In this document: positions 14,314-27,100 of the stretch, one piece after another | Position numbering within the stretch: position 1 is the stretch's first letter | Layout: every line of letters starts with the position of its first letter | Assembly: GCA_009103225.1 (NCBI GenBank) | Contig: RHPI01003129.1 | Span: 51,942 to 115,941, forward strand | DNA from: Chlorokybus atmophyticus | Lineage: Eukaryota; Plantae; Mesostigma and Chlorokybus algae | Length of the DNA stretch: 64,000 nt | Reading direction: 5' to 3' | Notes under the pieces: model-generated | Databases searched by the model: none | What the model was told of the DNA's origin: nothing | What the model saw: the letters and a program-made list of their open reading frames with translations, nothing else | Translations under genes and position numbers: made by a program

Positions 14314-16101
14314 TCACAAGGTATCCAATAATGACATTAATTCAACTTCCGCGACCGATACAGGTGGCTCGATGCCCTCCATGCCCAGTAGCTTCTGGCA
14401 GACTTCTGGAACAGCAAAGTCACGCTGTGCGAGCTCTCGAGGCGTCAGCATGTCCAAGTTTTTACCCCAGATTAGGTCATGGCATGCGTGGCACACGTGG
14501 GCAACCACATCAACAGACATCTGACGCACAGCCCAGTGAAGCGCATTCTCCCGAGAAGTATCCAAGACAGTTGGCAGTTTTTCCTGCGCAGCATGCAAGC
14601 GTGTTGGTATGCACAAGATCTGGGCAGTACGATGCAACCACAGCTTAAGGCAGGCAGTTTGACACATACGTGACGTCTACATGCATATGGACGTCAACCT
14701 ACACTGGTGAAGGGCGTCAAGGTTTCAAGGTACTCCAGCACAGCCGTTGAGCGACACTTGTGCGCCCCGATAACAACGGTGTGGTAGACGCTCAAACCAA
14801 GGCGATTGGGAGCTGATAGACTGGAACCTGCGTCCACCAGAAACCTGGCAAGGGGGGCGTGATTAGAGACACCCGGTGAAATCAGCTCATCACCACGAGC
14901 AGATGCCCGCGCTACACAGTGAAGTGGCGTCTCCCCGTCCCTATTCACAGCGCCAAGCAGTTCATGACGTATACCCCTTTGCACAGCCGCATTCATCAGC
15001 TGTTTGACGGAATCCACATGCCCCTTTGCGCCAATGATGTGCAACGCGGTGCACTGCATGTCATCCAACTGCAGCAGCAAGCTCTTTTTTGCTGCACTTC
15101 CTGCGCAGACCCTGCTGTCCACCTCCAGAAGCCATGTAGTGAGCTTTCTTGCACAGTCCTGGTCACCTTGACGGAAATAGGCAATGTAATGCAGAACGCT
15201 CCTGCCCCAGTTGTCTTGCATACGCAGATGTGCCGTGCGAACAGCCATTAACTCTCTCTCGCTCTTGTGGCCCATAGCATTGACCACTTGCGGTAGTCAG
15301 TGATCCCATATGCGCGGCGCGAGATCAATATTACCGTTGCTGACAGCCTCAAAGAACGGAGTTTTGCCCTCAACGTTTTGGTGCTCTAAAACTCGTGCCA
15401 GCGAGCCGCTCTTGAAGCATGCCGAGCACAAGGCATTGAATGTGGCGATAGACTCATTGCGGTAGCCAGCTGGAGCTTTGCGTTTGGCAGCAAGATGGAC
15501 GGGTATATTTCCATCCTTCTCACGCACTGCAGCAGGATTCGCACGCTTTTGCAACAGCCAGTCCACTACGTGCAGAGGAGCACCTGACAGTGACACAAAA
15601 GTGTTCTGGAGTTTGACAATGCGTGCAGCATGATGGTCAACTTGTGCAGTGCAGAAAGCATCCTGCGAGTGGTGCGCACCGTGCATCACGGCTACATCCA
15701 GCAGACAATCCTTATGTTCATCCCGCCAGCTGATGGCCTCGTCACAATCGAGTGACATTTGAAGGAGCGGGGTGACCATCTCGTCAAACTGGCCAGATCG
15801 TAAGACGTCCATAACCTGTCTCCACATGACGCCTTGCATATCCTGTGCATGCCGTGGCGCTGATGGCAACATCAATCGCATTTCAAGGAGTCAAGGCGCA
15901 GGACGGCAACAAAGAGCCCCAGTCTTATTTACACAACACTACTTTACGATGGCATTGGGCCGCCCAGGATGAAGTGTCTAGCTCAAGCACGGGTACGCAC
16001 ACAAAGTTTTTATGAATTCAGCGGTTACAAACCTCAGCAGACTTGCTACTGGTATCCCTGACCATCGCCTCGTGAACAACAGCTTCCGCATGCTCAGTCT
16101 G
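14314..16101 (-). pseudogene. multi-ankyrin-repeat gene, 3' part (probable pseudogene)
   Basis: Ankyrin motifs after splicing: DVAVMHG|APLHVVDWLL, GNIPVHLAA, GKTPFFEAVSNGN, GRSVLHYIA, CTALHIIGAKGHVDSV, GETPLHCVA, ENALHWAVRQ. In-frame TGA at 15299-15297. Short GT-AG introns near 15680-15590 and 14700-14575. Confidence 0.8.
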
Positions 16102-16274
16102 CTACAGCCATAAGAATCACTTACACAACTGCACTTACGCTACAAACCCATGGGCAAGCGCCTGGCTCATGCAGCATGGCCAGGAAATTCACAGGTCATA
16201 AGCAACCAGCAGGAACTAACCGCAGCAGAAGTAGGGCTGATGTTTCTAACCATCACCTCATTGACAGCAGCTTC

Positions 16275-16685
16275 TGTTGAGAAGCAAGCATGCAAGTGAA
16301 GAGGGCAAGCAATGACACACAGGAGAAGGCAACACACTTCCCTACGCTCCTTATTTATTACCAACAGACCGCGGGGTTATATACCCGCCAGTCAGTACAC
16401 AGTTTGTACACACTGCTGGTCTACATGCAACAGCGTCCGATATACTGAACCATATCCTACGCTGTAAGATGTGCCACGTAGGTAACTTGATAAGCTTTGT
16501 AACAAGCTATGCCACGTTCTATGAGACTGAGTATCCTAGAAGATATGACGATTCTCCTAGGACCCTTCTCTGCAGTCCGCGCCAGGACCTTCATGTCCGG
16601 AGTCTTCGAGGTCCTCCCATCGAGGTCCCTTCTCTTCTCTCTTGTATGCAGGGCAGGCTGACCGGCTGTAGGAATATCTTCAACA
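16275..16685 (-). repeat. copia 3' LTR
   Basis: TGTTGAGAAG...CTTCAACA; 6 substitutions relative to 20918-21328. Confidence 0.97.
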
Positions 16686-16730
16686 CTCCCACGCGGGCAG
16701 CTTGGCCTCCGACGCTTGGTCTTCTTTCAC

Positions 16731-19700
16731 CTAAGCACATATGCCGAGTCCCTTGCAACATGCCTTGAACTTCAGCGGTGACAGTGGCTTCGTCATGAAG
16801 TCCGCGAGCATGTCTTCCGTATTGCAATATTGGAACTCAACCTCCTTGCGTGTGACTCTGTCTCGCACAAAGTGATGCATGACATCAATGTGCTTTGTCC
16901 TTGTCGAGGCAATGGGGTGCTTCAGCAACTTGATGGCGCCTTGGTTGTCGCAGTTGATCGTGATACACGCCATCGGGTGCTCCAGATCTGCCATCAGCTT
17001 GCGAAGCCATAACGCCTCCTTCACTGCAGCCGATGCTGCCATGTACTCCGCTTCCGAAGTAGATGCAGCTGTTGTGGGTTGCAGCCTACTGTTCCAGCTC
17101 ACCACGCCTCCATTCAACTTGAAGACGTATGCCGTGGTGGACCTCCTACTATCGAGGTCACCTGCAAAGTCTGCGTTGCAATAGCCCTCCATCTCTGTGC
17201 TTCCGCAACCAAACTTGATGCCGACACTTGCGCTTCCAGCCACGTAGCGCAATACTCCCTTCGCTGCACGCCAGTGCTCCATGCTTGGTGCAGACATGTA
17301 GCGCGCAAGCACTCCAACTGCATGTGCGATGTCGGGTCTTGTGCACACTGCTAGGTAGAGCATACTCCTAACAAGCTCACCATAGGGATACTGAGCCTTG
17401 TCGAGTACTTCCTCATCTTTCGCTTTGACGAGGTTGGTGCCGAGTGCCAATGGAGTAGACTTGGTCTTTGCTTCGTTGAGTCCGAATTTGGTGACAAGTT
17501 GCTTCACCATCTGCTCTTGGCTGATCTCGATTGTGCGTGCTGCTCTGTCACGCTCTATCACCATGCCAAGAAATAACTTGACCTCTCCAAGGTCGCGTAC
17601 TGCGAATGCTTGCTGCAATCCGTGCTTCGTTTGCTTCAGGTCTTCAACTTGCTTGGCCGTGACGATGATGTCGTCCACATACACGAGCAAGTAAACCTTC
17701 TTTTCATGGATGAAGAGCCGCGGATCCGCTGAGGATGCTTTGTAGCCGAGTTTCTCCAACTCTTTCGTGAGGCGAATGTGCCACACACGTGGTGCTTGTC
17801 GCAGCCCATACAAAGCCGTGATAAACTTGCAAGCCATGCCTGGGTCCCCTTCTGCGTAGCCTGGTGGTTGCTTGGTGTAGATCTCTCCCTCCAGCTCTCC
17901 GTAAAGGAAAGCAGTCTTCACATCAAGGTGGTGACACTCGAGGTCTTCAGCAGCAACCATGGCGATCAATGTGCGGAAGGTTGCATGCTTACTTGCAGGT
18001 GCAAACACTTCATTGAAATCCACACCTTCTTGTTGCAAAAATCCCTTTGCCACCAACCTTGCCTTGTAGCGCTCGATGTTGCCTTGACCATCACGCTTCA
18101 CCTTGAACACCCACTTGACCGGAATGGGCTTCACACCTTGCGGGGGCTTCTCCAACACCCATGTGTTGTTGGCATGGAGTGATGCAATCTCATCATCCAT
18201 AGCTCGCTGCCATTGTTCTGTATCTGGTGCTCGCAATGCCTCCTCGTAGGTGCTTGGTTCTTCACTCTCGTCATTGTGCACACTAGCGATGTGTGCCTTA
18301 TAAAAGTCAGGTGCTTGTCTTTCCCTCACTGGGTAGCGTCGAGCTTGCTCCTACTGCTTCTGCTTCTCGCCTGCTACAGATGAGCCCTGCTCTTTATTGA
18401 TGACTGATGCCTCGCCTTCAACCTCTTCTCTGCTTGAAAGCTCTTCAGGTTGTGCTTTGTCATCTTCATCTTGAGGGTAGAAACCTTCTTCAGCTTCAAC
18501 TTGTGATGAGCCTTCGTGGAACACGACTTCTCTGCTCACCACAATCTTGCGCGTGTCCTCCAGTAGGACCTTGTACGCCTTTGAGCCTGGTTCGTAGCCA
18601 ACGAAGTTGCCCTTCTTGCTGACCGGCTCCAACTTGTGTCGCAATTGACTTGGCACAAGTGCATATGCCACACATCCAAACACACGCATGCCACTCACAT
18701 CTGGCGCTTCACCATAAAAGAGCTCTCACGGAGTCTTTTGCTCAGAGCTTATCGGTGAACGGTTGCGGATGTAGTTGGCAGTGAGAACGGCCTCTTTCCA
18801 CAGACTGTCCTCCAACTTGGTGTCATTAAGCATGGCTCGAACACGCTCCAACAACGTTCGGTTGAGACGTTCAGCTGCTCCATTCTGCTGCGGAGTGTAT
18901 GGTGCTGTTGTCTCATGCCGTATGCCTTTGCTGGCGAAGAACTCTTTGAGCTGGGCGTTGATGTACTCCCCTCCTTGATCACTTCTCATTGCTTTCATCT
19001 TCTTGCCTGATTGAATCTCAAGCAATGCAATGACTGTACGCACAGCTCCAGCGACTTCTGACTTTTGAATCAAAGGGAAGACGATGGAAAGCTTGCTGTA
19101 GTCGTCGAGGAATGTTGCAAAGTACCTTACCCCTCCTTTCGCCACAATGCGCATAGGCCCGCAAACGTCCATGTGCACAAGCTCGCAGGGATGTTTGCTA
19201 CTTGAAGAAGATGATGAGAACGGCATGTGATGCTGCTTGGCCAACACACAGGGTTCACAGAGCGTAGTTGAAGACGCTTGAAAATCTTCCTTGCTCCCAG
19301 TAATGCCCTTCACCATGTCTTCAGCGACCAGGCGTGTGAGGTTGCTGTAGCCCAAATGCCCGAACCTTCGATGCCAAAGCTCAGCCGTCTCCTTCTCCTT
19401 CACAATCATGGCCTTGCTGCCATGAGTCTGCTCCACAATGTAGAGCCCTCCTCGTTGGGTGCCGACCATGTACTCGACCCCATCCATGCGTACGGAGCAG
19501 CGTCCCTCCCGGATCACTATCTCAGCTCCCACGCGCTCAGCAACTCTCACAGAAAACAAGCTTGCAGCAGCTCCAGGTACGTGCAATACTTCACGCAGTA
19601 CCACCTCTCTCTCACCATCACCAATCTTGCATTGAAGCCTCACTTCACCAACTCCTATTGCTTCCAACTCGTGACCACTAAAGCCTTCCACCTTCCTTGT

Positions 19701-20609
19701 GGTTGACATCTTCCTGTAGTTCTCCATCACCTCCTTGTGCGGTGTGAGATGCTGGTCACAGCCTGAGTCAATTGCCCATGAAGTTGTATCAAACTTCCTT
19801 GAGGCAGTAAATGCAACACCCTTTTCTTTGCGTTGAGCGTTGCTACTGGTGCCTGCTTCAGATTGCTCTCGTTGGCGCTTACGACAATCCTTTGAGATAT
19901 GTCCTTTAATACCACAATAGTGGCATGTGAGATTCTTGAACTTTGAGTTGCTGCCTTTCGCCTTGTTCTTGTCTTCATAGTTGCTTAATTTCTTGTATTT
20001 GTCTCGTGTGTAGAAGGCCACAGAGTCCGCTTGCTCTTCCTTCTTTGAGACGCGTTGCTCCACAGTGAGCAACTTGGGTAGCACATCGTCTAGGGTTAGC
20101 TCCGATGACGATGTCTCGAGCAGAGTAGCGACAACTTCGTACTCTAATGGCAGTCCTGCAACAATCGCCAATACGACCTCCGTCTCTTCCATCTTGTGGC
20201 CGACGTTGATGAGGTCCGCCCACAGCTCTCTCGCACGTGCAACATACTTTGTGACCGGCTCGGCCGTCTCTTTATGAAGCGCGCTTAGCTGCTTGCGTAA
20301 TTGTATCTTTCTGGCGTTATTCTTGGCTTGAAATACGGCTGCAAGCTTCTCCCAAGCTTGTCTGCCATCTTCACATGTTGTGAGCATGGGAAAGTGATAT
20401 GGCTTGCAGTTAAGCACCATCAAGGAATGTGCTTCAACTGAGTGTTCAAGCCAGATGCTTTCTTCTCCCGCTCTTGGTGCAAATGCCTTCGGGTCAACAT
20501 ACTTCCACATCTTTTTCTGGATAAGTAGTGCCTTCATTTCTACGCACCAAGTGCTGTAATTGTTTGTGTCCAGCTTTGTGATCAACCCTTTATCGTAGCT
20601 TGCCTCCAT
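16731..20609 (-). pseudogene. copia gag-pol (Gag, CCHC knuckle, protease, integrase, RT, RNase H) with two in-frame stops
   Basis: CHYCGIKGHISKDC; WAIDSGC; LWHRRFGH; HMDVCGP...DDYS...SDQGGEY...AERLNRT; RYKARLVAKG; YVDD; TSEAEY. All three ORF-track pieces share one frame (1293 codons). Stops: TGA at 18728-18726 (KTP*ELF, normally W) and TAG at 18353-18351. Confidence 0.95.
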
Positions 20610-20903
20610 CTTTGCCGCGCCTGCTTTCTTCTTGCAGTTAGCACTTGAGACTTGCTTTGATAATCTTCACGTGTTGTGACTTGAGTGACTTTGTTGACTT
20701 CAGTAACCTTAATCTACACTTCACTCTTGAGTGACTTCAATGACTTCGGTCTTGAAATGACTTCGGTCTTCACTTCACTCTTCAGCGCCTTCAGTCTTCT
20801 CTTCGCTCTTCAGTCTTGAGTGACTTCGATCTTCACTTCAATGCACTTTGTCACTTTTCTTCACTTCGCTTTCTTTCTCTTTCTTACACTCTTCACACGT
20901 AGT

Positions 20904-20917
20904 GTGGGCCCATAACC
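20904..20917 (-). promoter_or_regulatory. primer-binding site complementary to the anticodon arm of initiator tRNA-Met
   Basis: The plus strand reads GTGGGCCCATAACC, matching the plant-type tRNAiMet anticodon arm as I recall it. It abuts the 5' LTR directly. Confidence 0.88.
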
Positions 20918-21328
20918 TGTTGAGAAGCAAGCATGCAAGTGAAGAGGGCAAGCAATGACACACAGGAGAAGGCAACACACTTCCCTACGCTCCTTATTTA
21001 TTACCAACAGACCGCGGGGTTATATACCCGCCAGTCAGTACACAGTTTGTACACACTGCTGGTCTACATGCAACAGCGTCCGATATACTGAACCATATCC
21101 TACGCTGTAAGATGTGCCACGTAGCTAACTTGATAAGCTTTATAACAAGCTATGCCACGTTCTATAAGACTGAGTATCTTAGGAGATATGACGATTCTCC
21201 TAGGACCCTTCTCTGCAGTCCGCGCCAGGACCTTCATGTCCGGAGTCTTCGAGGTCCTCCCATCGAGGTCCCTTCTCTTCTCTCTTGTATGCAGGGCAGG
21301 CTGACCGGATGTAGGAATATCTTCAACA
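20918..21328 (-). repeat. copia 5' LTR
   Basis: Near-identical to 16275-16685; adjacent to the PBS. Confidence 0.97.
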
Positions 21329-21333
21329 GCTTC

Positions 21334-22164
21334 CGCATGCGCAGTTTGCAATAGCCATCATCAGTTCTGCTTAGTAACTGTTGCTCGTGCCTCAGAGCTG
21401 CGCAATGCTAATGCATACACGCACCTGTCGGCACTTCTGTATAGCAGCCCAGGTCTGGTCTGTGGCCATTTGTAGGGCATTCTTCTCGTCGTTCCGGCTT
21501 GCAGCAAAGTAGCAGATGGAGGCAGATTGTTTTGTCTTTGTTAAGCTCTTCAGTATTGAACCATTTTTGCTTGGCGACGGCCACAGCTCACAGTGAGCAT
21601 CTGTTATCGTCAGCGCGTTTGCTATCGCCTCCCCAACTGCGCTCTTGTTAGGGTGCTGTCCCTGCGGTGCAAGCCTGTGCAGTAGTTGTTGACGGCAATG
21701 CGTTTTGCTACAGCTGCAACAGCGTGCCCAACAGGATCAACGGAAATACTTGCGCATGCCTTGATAGCAGAGCGTTGTGAACAGATTGCAGCGCACGAAA
21801 GCACGCGTGGCAACAATGTGATCAGTCGCAGGATCTGTGCACGTGTGCGCACGGAACTCATGCATAATGCATTCAAATTTTCTATGCTTCGCTGTACCTT
21901 CATAAGGTGTTGTACCATGATAAGGAGGCCCGCTTGCACGACCAGCTCAAAAGTGCTATCTTCAAAACCCATAGTCCTGAGCAGCTCTCGCTTGAGCCAG
22001 TTCTTCCGGGAATTGCGAAGGCAGTTGTCCACGTCTCTGGCCGTATGTTCAGGTGCTTCCGCTGCCTGGCTAGCCGCCGTGCTGGCAGCGGTGGGGCGGT
22101 TCAATGGCCGCTTCCGCGTGATGCTGGGTGGCTCCATGTTTCGCCTCGTAGCTACTACACCCAA
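21334..22164 (-). pseudogene. probable 5' exons of the ankyrin gene, upstream of the copia insertion
   Basis: Open exon ...GQHPNKSAVGEAIANAL...WAAIQKCRQ|GTGCGT ends at 21425 in phase 0. The copia interrupts a 69-nt exon copy homologous to 16101-16033. The middle exon boundaries are unresolved. Confidence 0.5.
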
Positions 22165-22929
22165 AGTGTGGTGGACTCCGCCGGGGCCACAGAGCAGCAG
22201 AGGCGTACATGCCAGTTGGCCAAGTTGGTCGCCGCCACCGCGTTGCGTTCCTGCACTCTGTACAGCCGACAGCTGTCAAGGGCGGACGGGACAGCTTGCG
22301 GCCTGCGCATGCGATAGCCTGGGAGGCCGCAGAGCGAACCGCAGGTCGATTAGGCAGTCGCGCCGTCATCGCAACTTCTTCTGCAGTGCAGTGTATGGGT
22401 TGGATGTAGGCCCTATACAAGTTGTTCCCTAATCATTTCAATGCTGCTATTTATCTTAACATCTTTTCCATTGCCTATGTTAGAATTTTTACGGCAGCAC
22501 AACCCTCCCCCCTTTCTAGCGTGACCGAGATGGCAATTAACTTGGAGAAGTTTAATGTTCGTACGACTTGATAATATGTCAGTACATCTTTGGCAAAACC
22601 TACAGCCTGAGCCATGAGGGGAATGTATTTGAAGTAGTGCATGGCTTAAAAGTTGCGTGCATTGGTGTCACGCCGGCTGCTGCTGACTAGGCTTAAAGGG
22701 CTTATTAAGCATCGACGAGCATTACACAACATTGTATGGTAGCCTTTCATATCTTATGGGCCATGGCCTGGTCGGCAAAGCCCCCAGCTTTGTATTAATA
22801 GTCGGAGCTCGACACGTTACGTGATTAAGTCGTGAACGCACCAAGCACAAAGAGTTGCACGCATACGTAGACTTTGAAGACCGTAAGTACAATTAAAGGC
22901 AGGACTGTAACGATACCACTTACTTGCTT

Positions 22930-23480
22930 GCTGGGCGGCTTGGCAAACTTATACACAAGCACAAAGACTTACTACCAGAAGCCCTACCAGCATCACACGG
23001 TGCCAAACCTTGAAGGGGAAGTTACAGCACCGCACCAAGGATGGAGAGGATGGCCACCAAACCCTCCACTCAGCTCTCATACACTCACACACTTGAGCAC
23101 ACCTCACACATATGCAAATGTCACGTTAACCTCTCACTTACCTTCTCGGTGAGGGTCACAAACTTTCGCACAAGCAGCTGAGCTTTACCACACACCTTGC
23201 AACAGGCAACAACCCACAAGGGAGTTGGATGGGAGAGCACCCCTCAACAGCTTTAGCCAGGCACCCCACACACCGGTAGTTCTTGCAAAGCTAGTAACTC
23301 TTTACCACCACAAGGTGGTAGCCATGCCTTTATACTACCCGCTGCTCTCCGACCTGGCACATAAGATGTCCAAGGTTAACAAGGCCTCGCCACCTATGCG
23401 ACCTGTCAGCACGGGTTGACTTTGTCCAACCTCAGACACATCAACAAAGGCAACACTCTTTGTGCCTTAGCGACTCTGCC
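22930..23480 (+). mobile_element. possible highly decayed gypsy pol remnant
   Basis: HKDLLPEALP...GAKP resembles the pre-RT segment of the window's own gypsy (DVFQDELP...GAKP). RPGT*DVQ...YATCQ is vaguely like the integrase zinc finger. Fragmentary. Confidence 0.25.
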
Positions 23481-23995
23481 CTCAACATTGACCAATCTTG
23501 TACTGATTGGTAGACAGTGCCTAATGTAGCAGCTAGGTCTTCATACATGCAGTGCAATCCTAACGTTAAAGTAATTTAGGTTAGCATTATTTTTATGGTT
23601 GTAACCTAGCCATTACTTACTGAATATCTTAGCAGGTACCGTGGCATGAACGTTATGTTGATACTAAGTTTTGTAACACTTAATGGCTGGTTGCTAGCCA
23701 TATCGCACTATATTGCACCAGTTTTTACCATTACGTTACGTGAGATATCGTCCATTACGCACAATCAGCGTAATCTTGATCCAGTACAATGCTTTCTTTC
23801 GAATAAAGTGCCCCCCCGAATACAATTACCCCCATAAAATTTGGGGGGGCACTGTGTTGGAAGGGGGGCACTGTGAACGGGTAAATAGGCGGTATGCATA
23901 ATTTACCGCCATAAGTGTCCATGTGCACACCGTTTGTGCTCGTATTGTGTTTTATAGGCAATAATGAGCAATATTGTGATGTTGAGATGTGCTCT

Positions 23996-24203
23996 GGACG
24001 GCCGAGATGTAGATGATGTAGATCCAACGGCTTGAGATTGATAGTCGCTGCCCGGCCAATGAGCGGCAGGCGGGACGCATACAGCCGCGCAGCCCGCCAG
24101 TCGCGGGTGCCTATATGTGATGGGCCAGTGATGGCCCTTCGTCGTGTGGGGATACGTGTGTGATGTGCCGGCAGGCCGGCAGGCCCGACCAAACAGCCGC
24201 ACC
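23996..24203. repeat. dispersed repeat, copy 1 (homologous to 28545-28712)
   Basis: Shared blocks GGACGGSCGAGATGTA, ATCCAACGGCTTG, CAGTCGCGGGTGCC and GGCCCGACCAAACAGCCGCACC. Confidence 0.8.
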
Positions 24204-24930
24204 GTGTACCTAATTTCGGCGTGTACCCTAATTTCGGCCACAGCAAGTTTTTTGTTGATAACTACGTCATCCGAGCTGGGATGGCGCCACAAAGATATCA
24301 GCTTGTATAGCGCACCTAGACGGACGCGTTGAACTTAAAACTGCGCGATTTGGCGCAGTAATGCGCTGCCTACATGATTTTGAATGGCTACCTTAAGGCG
24401 CCAATTGTTGAAAACATCTTCTATACCTCCTAGCAGCTATAACTTTCTACCTACTTACTTGATTGGCATGCGGTCTTTTGCAACGGGTTATGTATGAGTA
24501 GATGCAACTTTTACCAAACTTTTACGCACAATGTTAGACTTATGCAAGAGTTAGGTTGCCTCCCTTTTAGGCTTAACGCGTAAGCATCTCGAAGGTGGGG
24601 AGGTATGGTTTAACAATGCAGGGGGTGTTTGGGAGTGCGTGGGTTGTTGCAGCAGTCGTAGTGACATGCTGTGAGCGTGTATTAGCATGCACAAGTGCTA
24701 GAGTAGGATGTGGGTGTGTGGGTGAGGGTGACGGTGGGGTGGTGAGTGTGGGCGTGCGGATAAGCATTGCAAGTTCAAGGAGTGTATTGCACATGAGTTC
24801 TAGTGGCTCTCGTATACAGGTAATGGTGTCTACTTGCAGCTACAACTATCAGCTACAAGGGGGGCTCAGTGTTGGCAGTGGTTGTCTCTCGTGTTGGGGA
24901 GTTTGCTGTTGCTGCCATGCATCATAGCCC

Positions 24931-27100
24931 ATGTTATATCCTGGCCCATGTTGCATCCTTGCTCAGGTGAGGCGCACAGCACCATCAGGCGCCAGGCGTG
25001 TCACCAGCAAGAGTGTGCATCTGCTCGAGTATGCTCGGGCGAGCAAGCACAAGAGGGGCCCCCACATCAGCAAGCAACAACGCAAGCAGATGTTGCCAGA
25101 GGTGCAACAAGCTCTTCACGCGGTGGAGACAGCTTGCATGTCTTTGGCTGAAGCTGCACGTGAATGTGGACTCCCTACCTCCACTCTGTCAGACTACATA
25201 AAAGCTCCTAATCGTCTGCAAAACTACAAGTAAGTGTTAGAAGATAAGGGGGGTATCATACCATGATGGTGGTCGTGCCGTAAGCTCATGTGCGTGTGCG
25301 TGTTGACAGGGGAGCTGGTAGGCCCTGCGCTAACAGAGGAAGAAGAAGCTGAGATAGTGGAGGTGCTGACATAATTCAACGACATTGGACAAGCCATGAC
25401 AGAGCAAGACATAGCCGTGTATGTTGCCAAGCGACTTCAGAAGGACCCAAGGCGACACCAATTTGACAACGGCAAATTGGTCTGAAGTCCCATCTGAAGT
25501 CCCAGGACGCAAATGGGTCCAGAGTTTAGAGGCAGGCACAAATTGAGCAAGCGCATAGCAGAACCTGTGGATGCTAGCAGGAGAACAAGTTTTAAGCGGT
25601 GGATCGTGAAGGACTACTTCCAGAAGCTAAAGCGTTAACTGGAACACCTTAAGATATGTCCTGAACGCATTGTGTCATGTGGCGAAGTGGGGATTGAGCC
25701 AGAGTCCTGCATGAAGAACAGGTCAGTGATCGTAAAGAGGTGAGAAGCACACATGCATGTGCATGCGTGTGCAAGCATGTGTAAGCATGTGCACTTACTG
25801 AGTGTTGATATGCAGTGGGTCAAAGTGGGCTCAACTAGGCACAGCAGGTGGTAGACAACACATCACCGTCATGGCAGCCGTTGCTGGAGGTGGTTGTGCC
25901 ATCCCATGCACTGCTATTCTAGCCGGTGCTCATGTGTACTCTGAGCGGAGTGCTGCATGGTCCATACCTGGTGGCTCGTTGGCAGTGCAGGAGAATGCCT
26001 GGATGACAATTGAGCACTTTGCAACTTGCATAGATCACTTGGCTCGCCACATGCCCGGAGGTCTCGTGTTGATAACCCTGCGCTGCTCATATGTGATGTG
26101 CATGTTAGCAGATACCATCTTAAGACCATAGACAAGTGCATGTCCCTTAGCTTGGAAGTGCTGGTCTTGCCACCGCACACAACACACATACTGCAAGTAC
26201 TCGACGTGGCCTGTTTCAGCAGCATGAAAGCAACATACAAGCAAGAGTACCGAGCGTGGAGTCAGCTCCACCCAACTGTGAGGGGCTTACCCAATGAAGA
26301 CTTTCTGAAGATGCTGGTGCCAAGCATACACGCTGGGCTCAGCAACAACAACATCATCTCAGGTTTCAGAGCATGCGGTGAGCACACAGCAGCATGCAGC
26401 ATACTAACTCGTGCGTGCATGCAAGTCTATGTGCACGGGCATGCATGCATATCTTGACATGTGCATGCACCATGCAGGCATCTCTCCTTGAAACGATAGC
26501 GCAATTGACAAGTATCTGCCTCCAGCCAAGGTGCGGAGCACTTGACATCCTGCTTGATGCCATTGAGGACGAGGGGGCCGCAGCTAATGCACCAGCAACT
26601 GCTACTCCTGCAGAAGATACACCTGCAGGTGCAGCCAGAGATGATCCAGAGACTCGGGAAGAAGCTCCCCCCCCGCCCAAGAAAAGGAGGATAGGAGTGA
26701 AGCCCAAGACAGCAGAGTGGCTCACCCATCAAGATATTAGAAACCGCCAAGCTCAAGTAGAAAAAGAAAGGAGACAAAAGATGGCAGCCATGCAACAATG
26801 AAAGGCAACAAGGGCAGCAGCTAAGAGCAACAAGCAAGCAGAGGCGAGCAAGCGTGCTGAACAATTAGAAGCGAAGAGGCAACAAGCTGCGGCCAAGAAA
26901 ACAGCAGAGCAACAAGCCAAGGCGGCCAAGGCAGCTGAGCGTGCAGCTGCCCAGTTAGCCAAGCAACATGCAGCAGAGCAGCTTGCAAGAGAGGTAGAGG
27001 AGGGTCAGCGTCTACAAAAAGAGAGGAGAGAAAAGAATGGCATGCAAGGGAGGCAATTGAACTTTACTCGTGGGATTGGGACCCCATAACATGGGTGAGC
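24931..27100 (+). pseudogene. transposase with pipsqueak HTH, Tc5/CENP-B HTH and DDE_1 domain; multiple stops and frameshifts
   Basis: ALHAVETACMSLAEAARECGLPTSTLSDY; LTEEEEAEIV; ENAWMT; LLICDVHVSR; LVLPPHTTHILQVLDVACFSSMK; IISGFRACG. D2-D3 spacing is 35; the first catalytic Asp appears lost (CGEVG). K/A/E-rich coiled-coil tail. Confidence 0.85.

Larger units (their letters stand above)
16275..21328 (-). mobile_element. full-length Ty1/copia LTR retrotransposon with half-tRNA primer site (hemivirus/Osser-like)
   Basis: Two 411-bp TG...CA LTRs, 5-bp TSD GCTTC on both sides (16270-16274 and 21329-21333), PBS GGTTATGGGCCCAC, single gag-pol frame. Confidence 0.97.

Noticed and set aside
18351-18353. 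In-frame TAG in a Gln-rich context, suggesting the TAR=Gln code of some green algae
   Set aside because: TAG/TAA end the gypsy pol, copia pol, pogo transposase and both channel genes at expected positions, and the same ORF also has a TGA nonsense change. Ordinary decay explains it.
16731-20609. RIP-like targeted mutation of the copia element
   Set aside because: The few inferable C-to-T changes occur in mixed contexts (CpA, CpC, CpG); no consistent signature without a consensus sequence.
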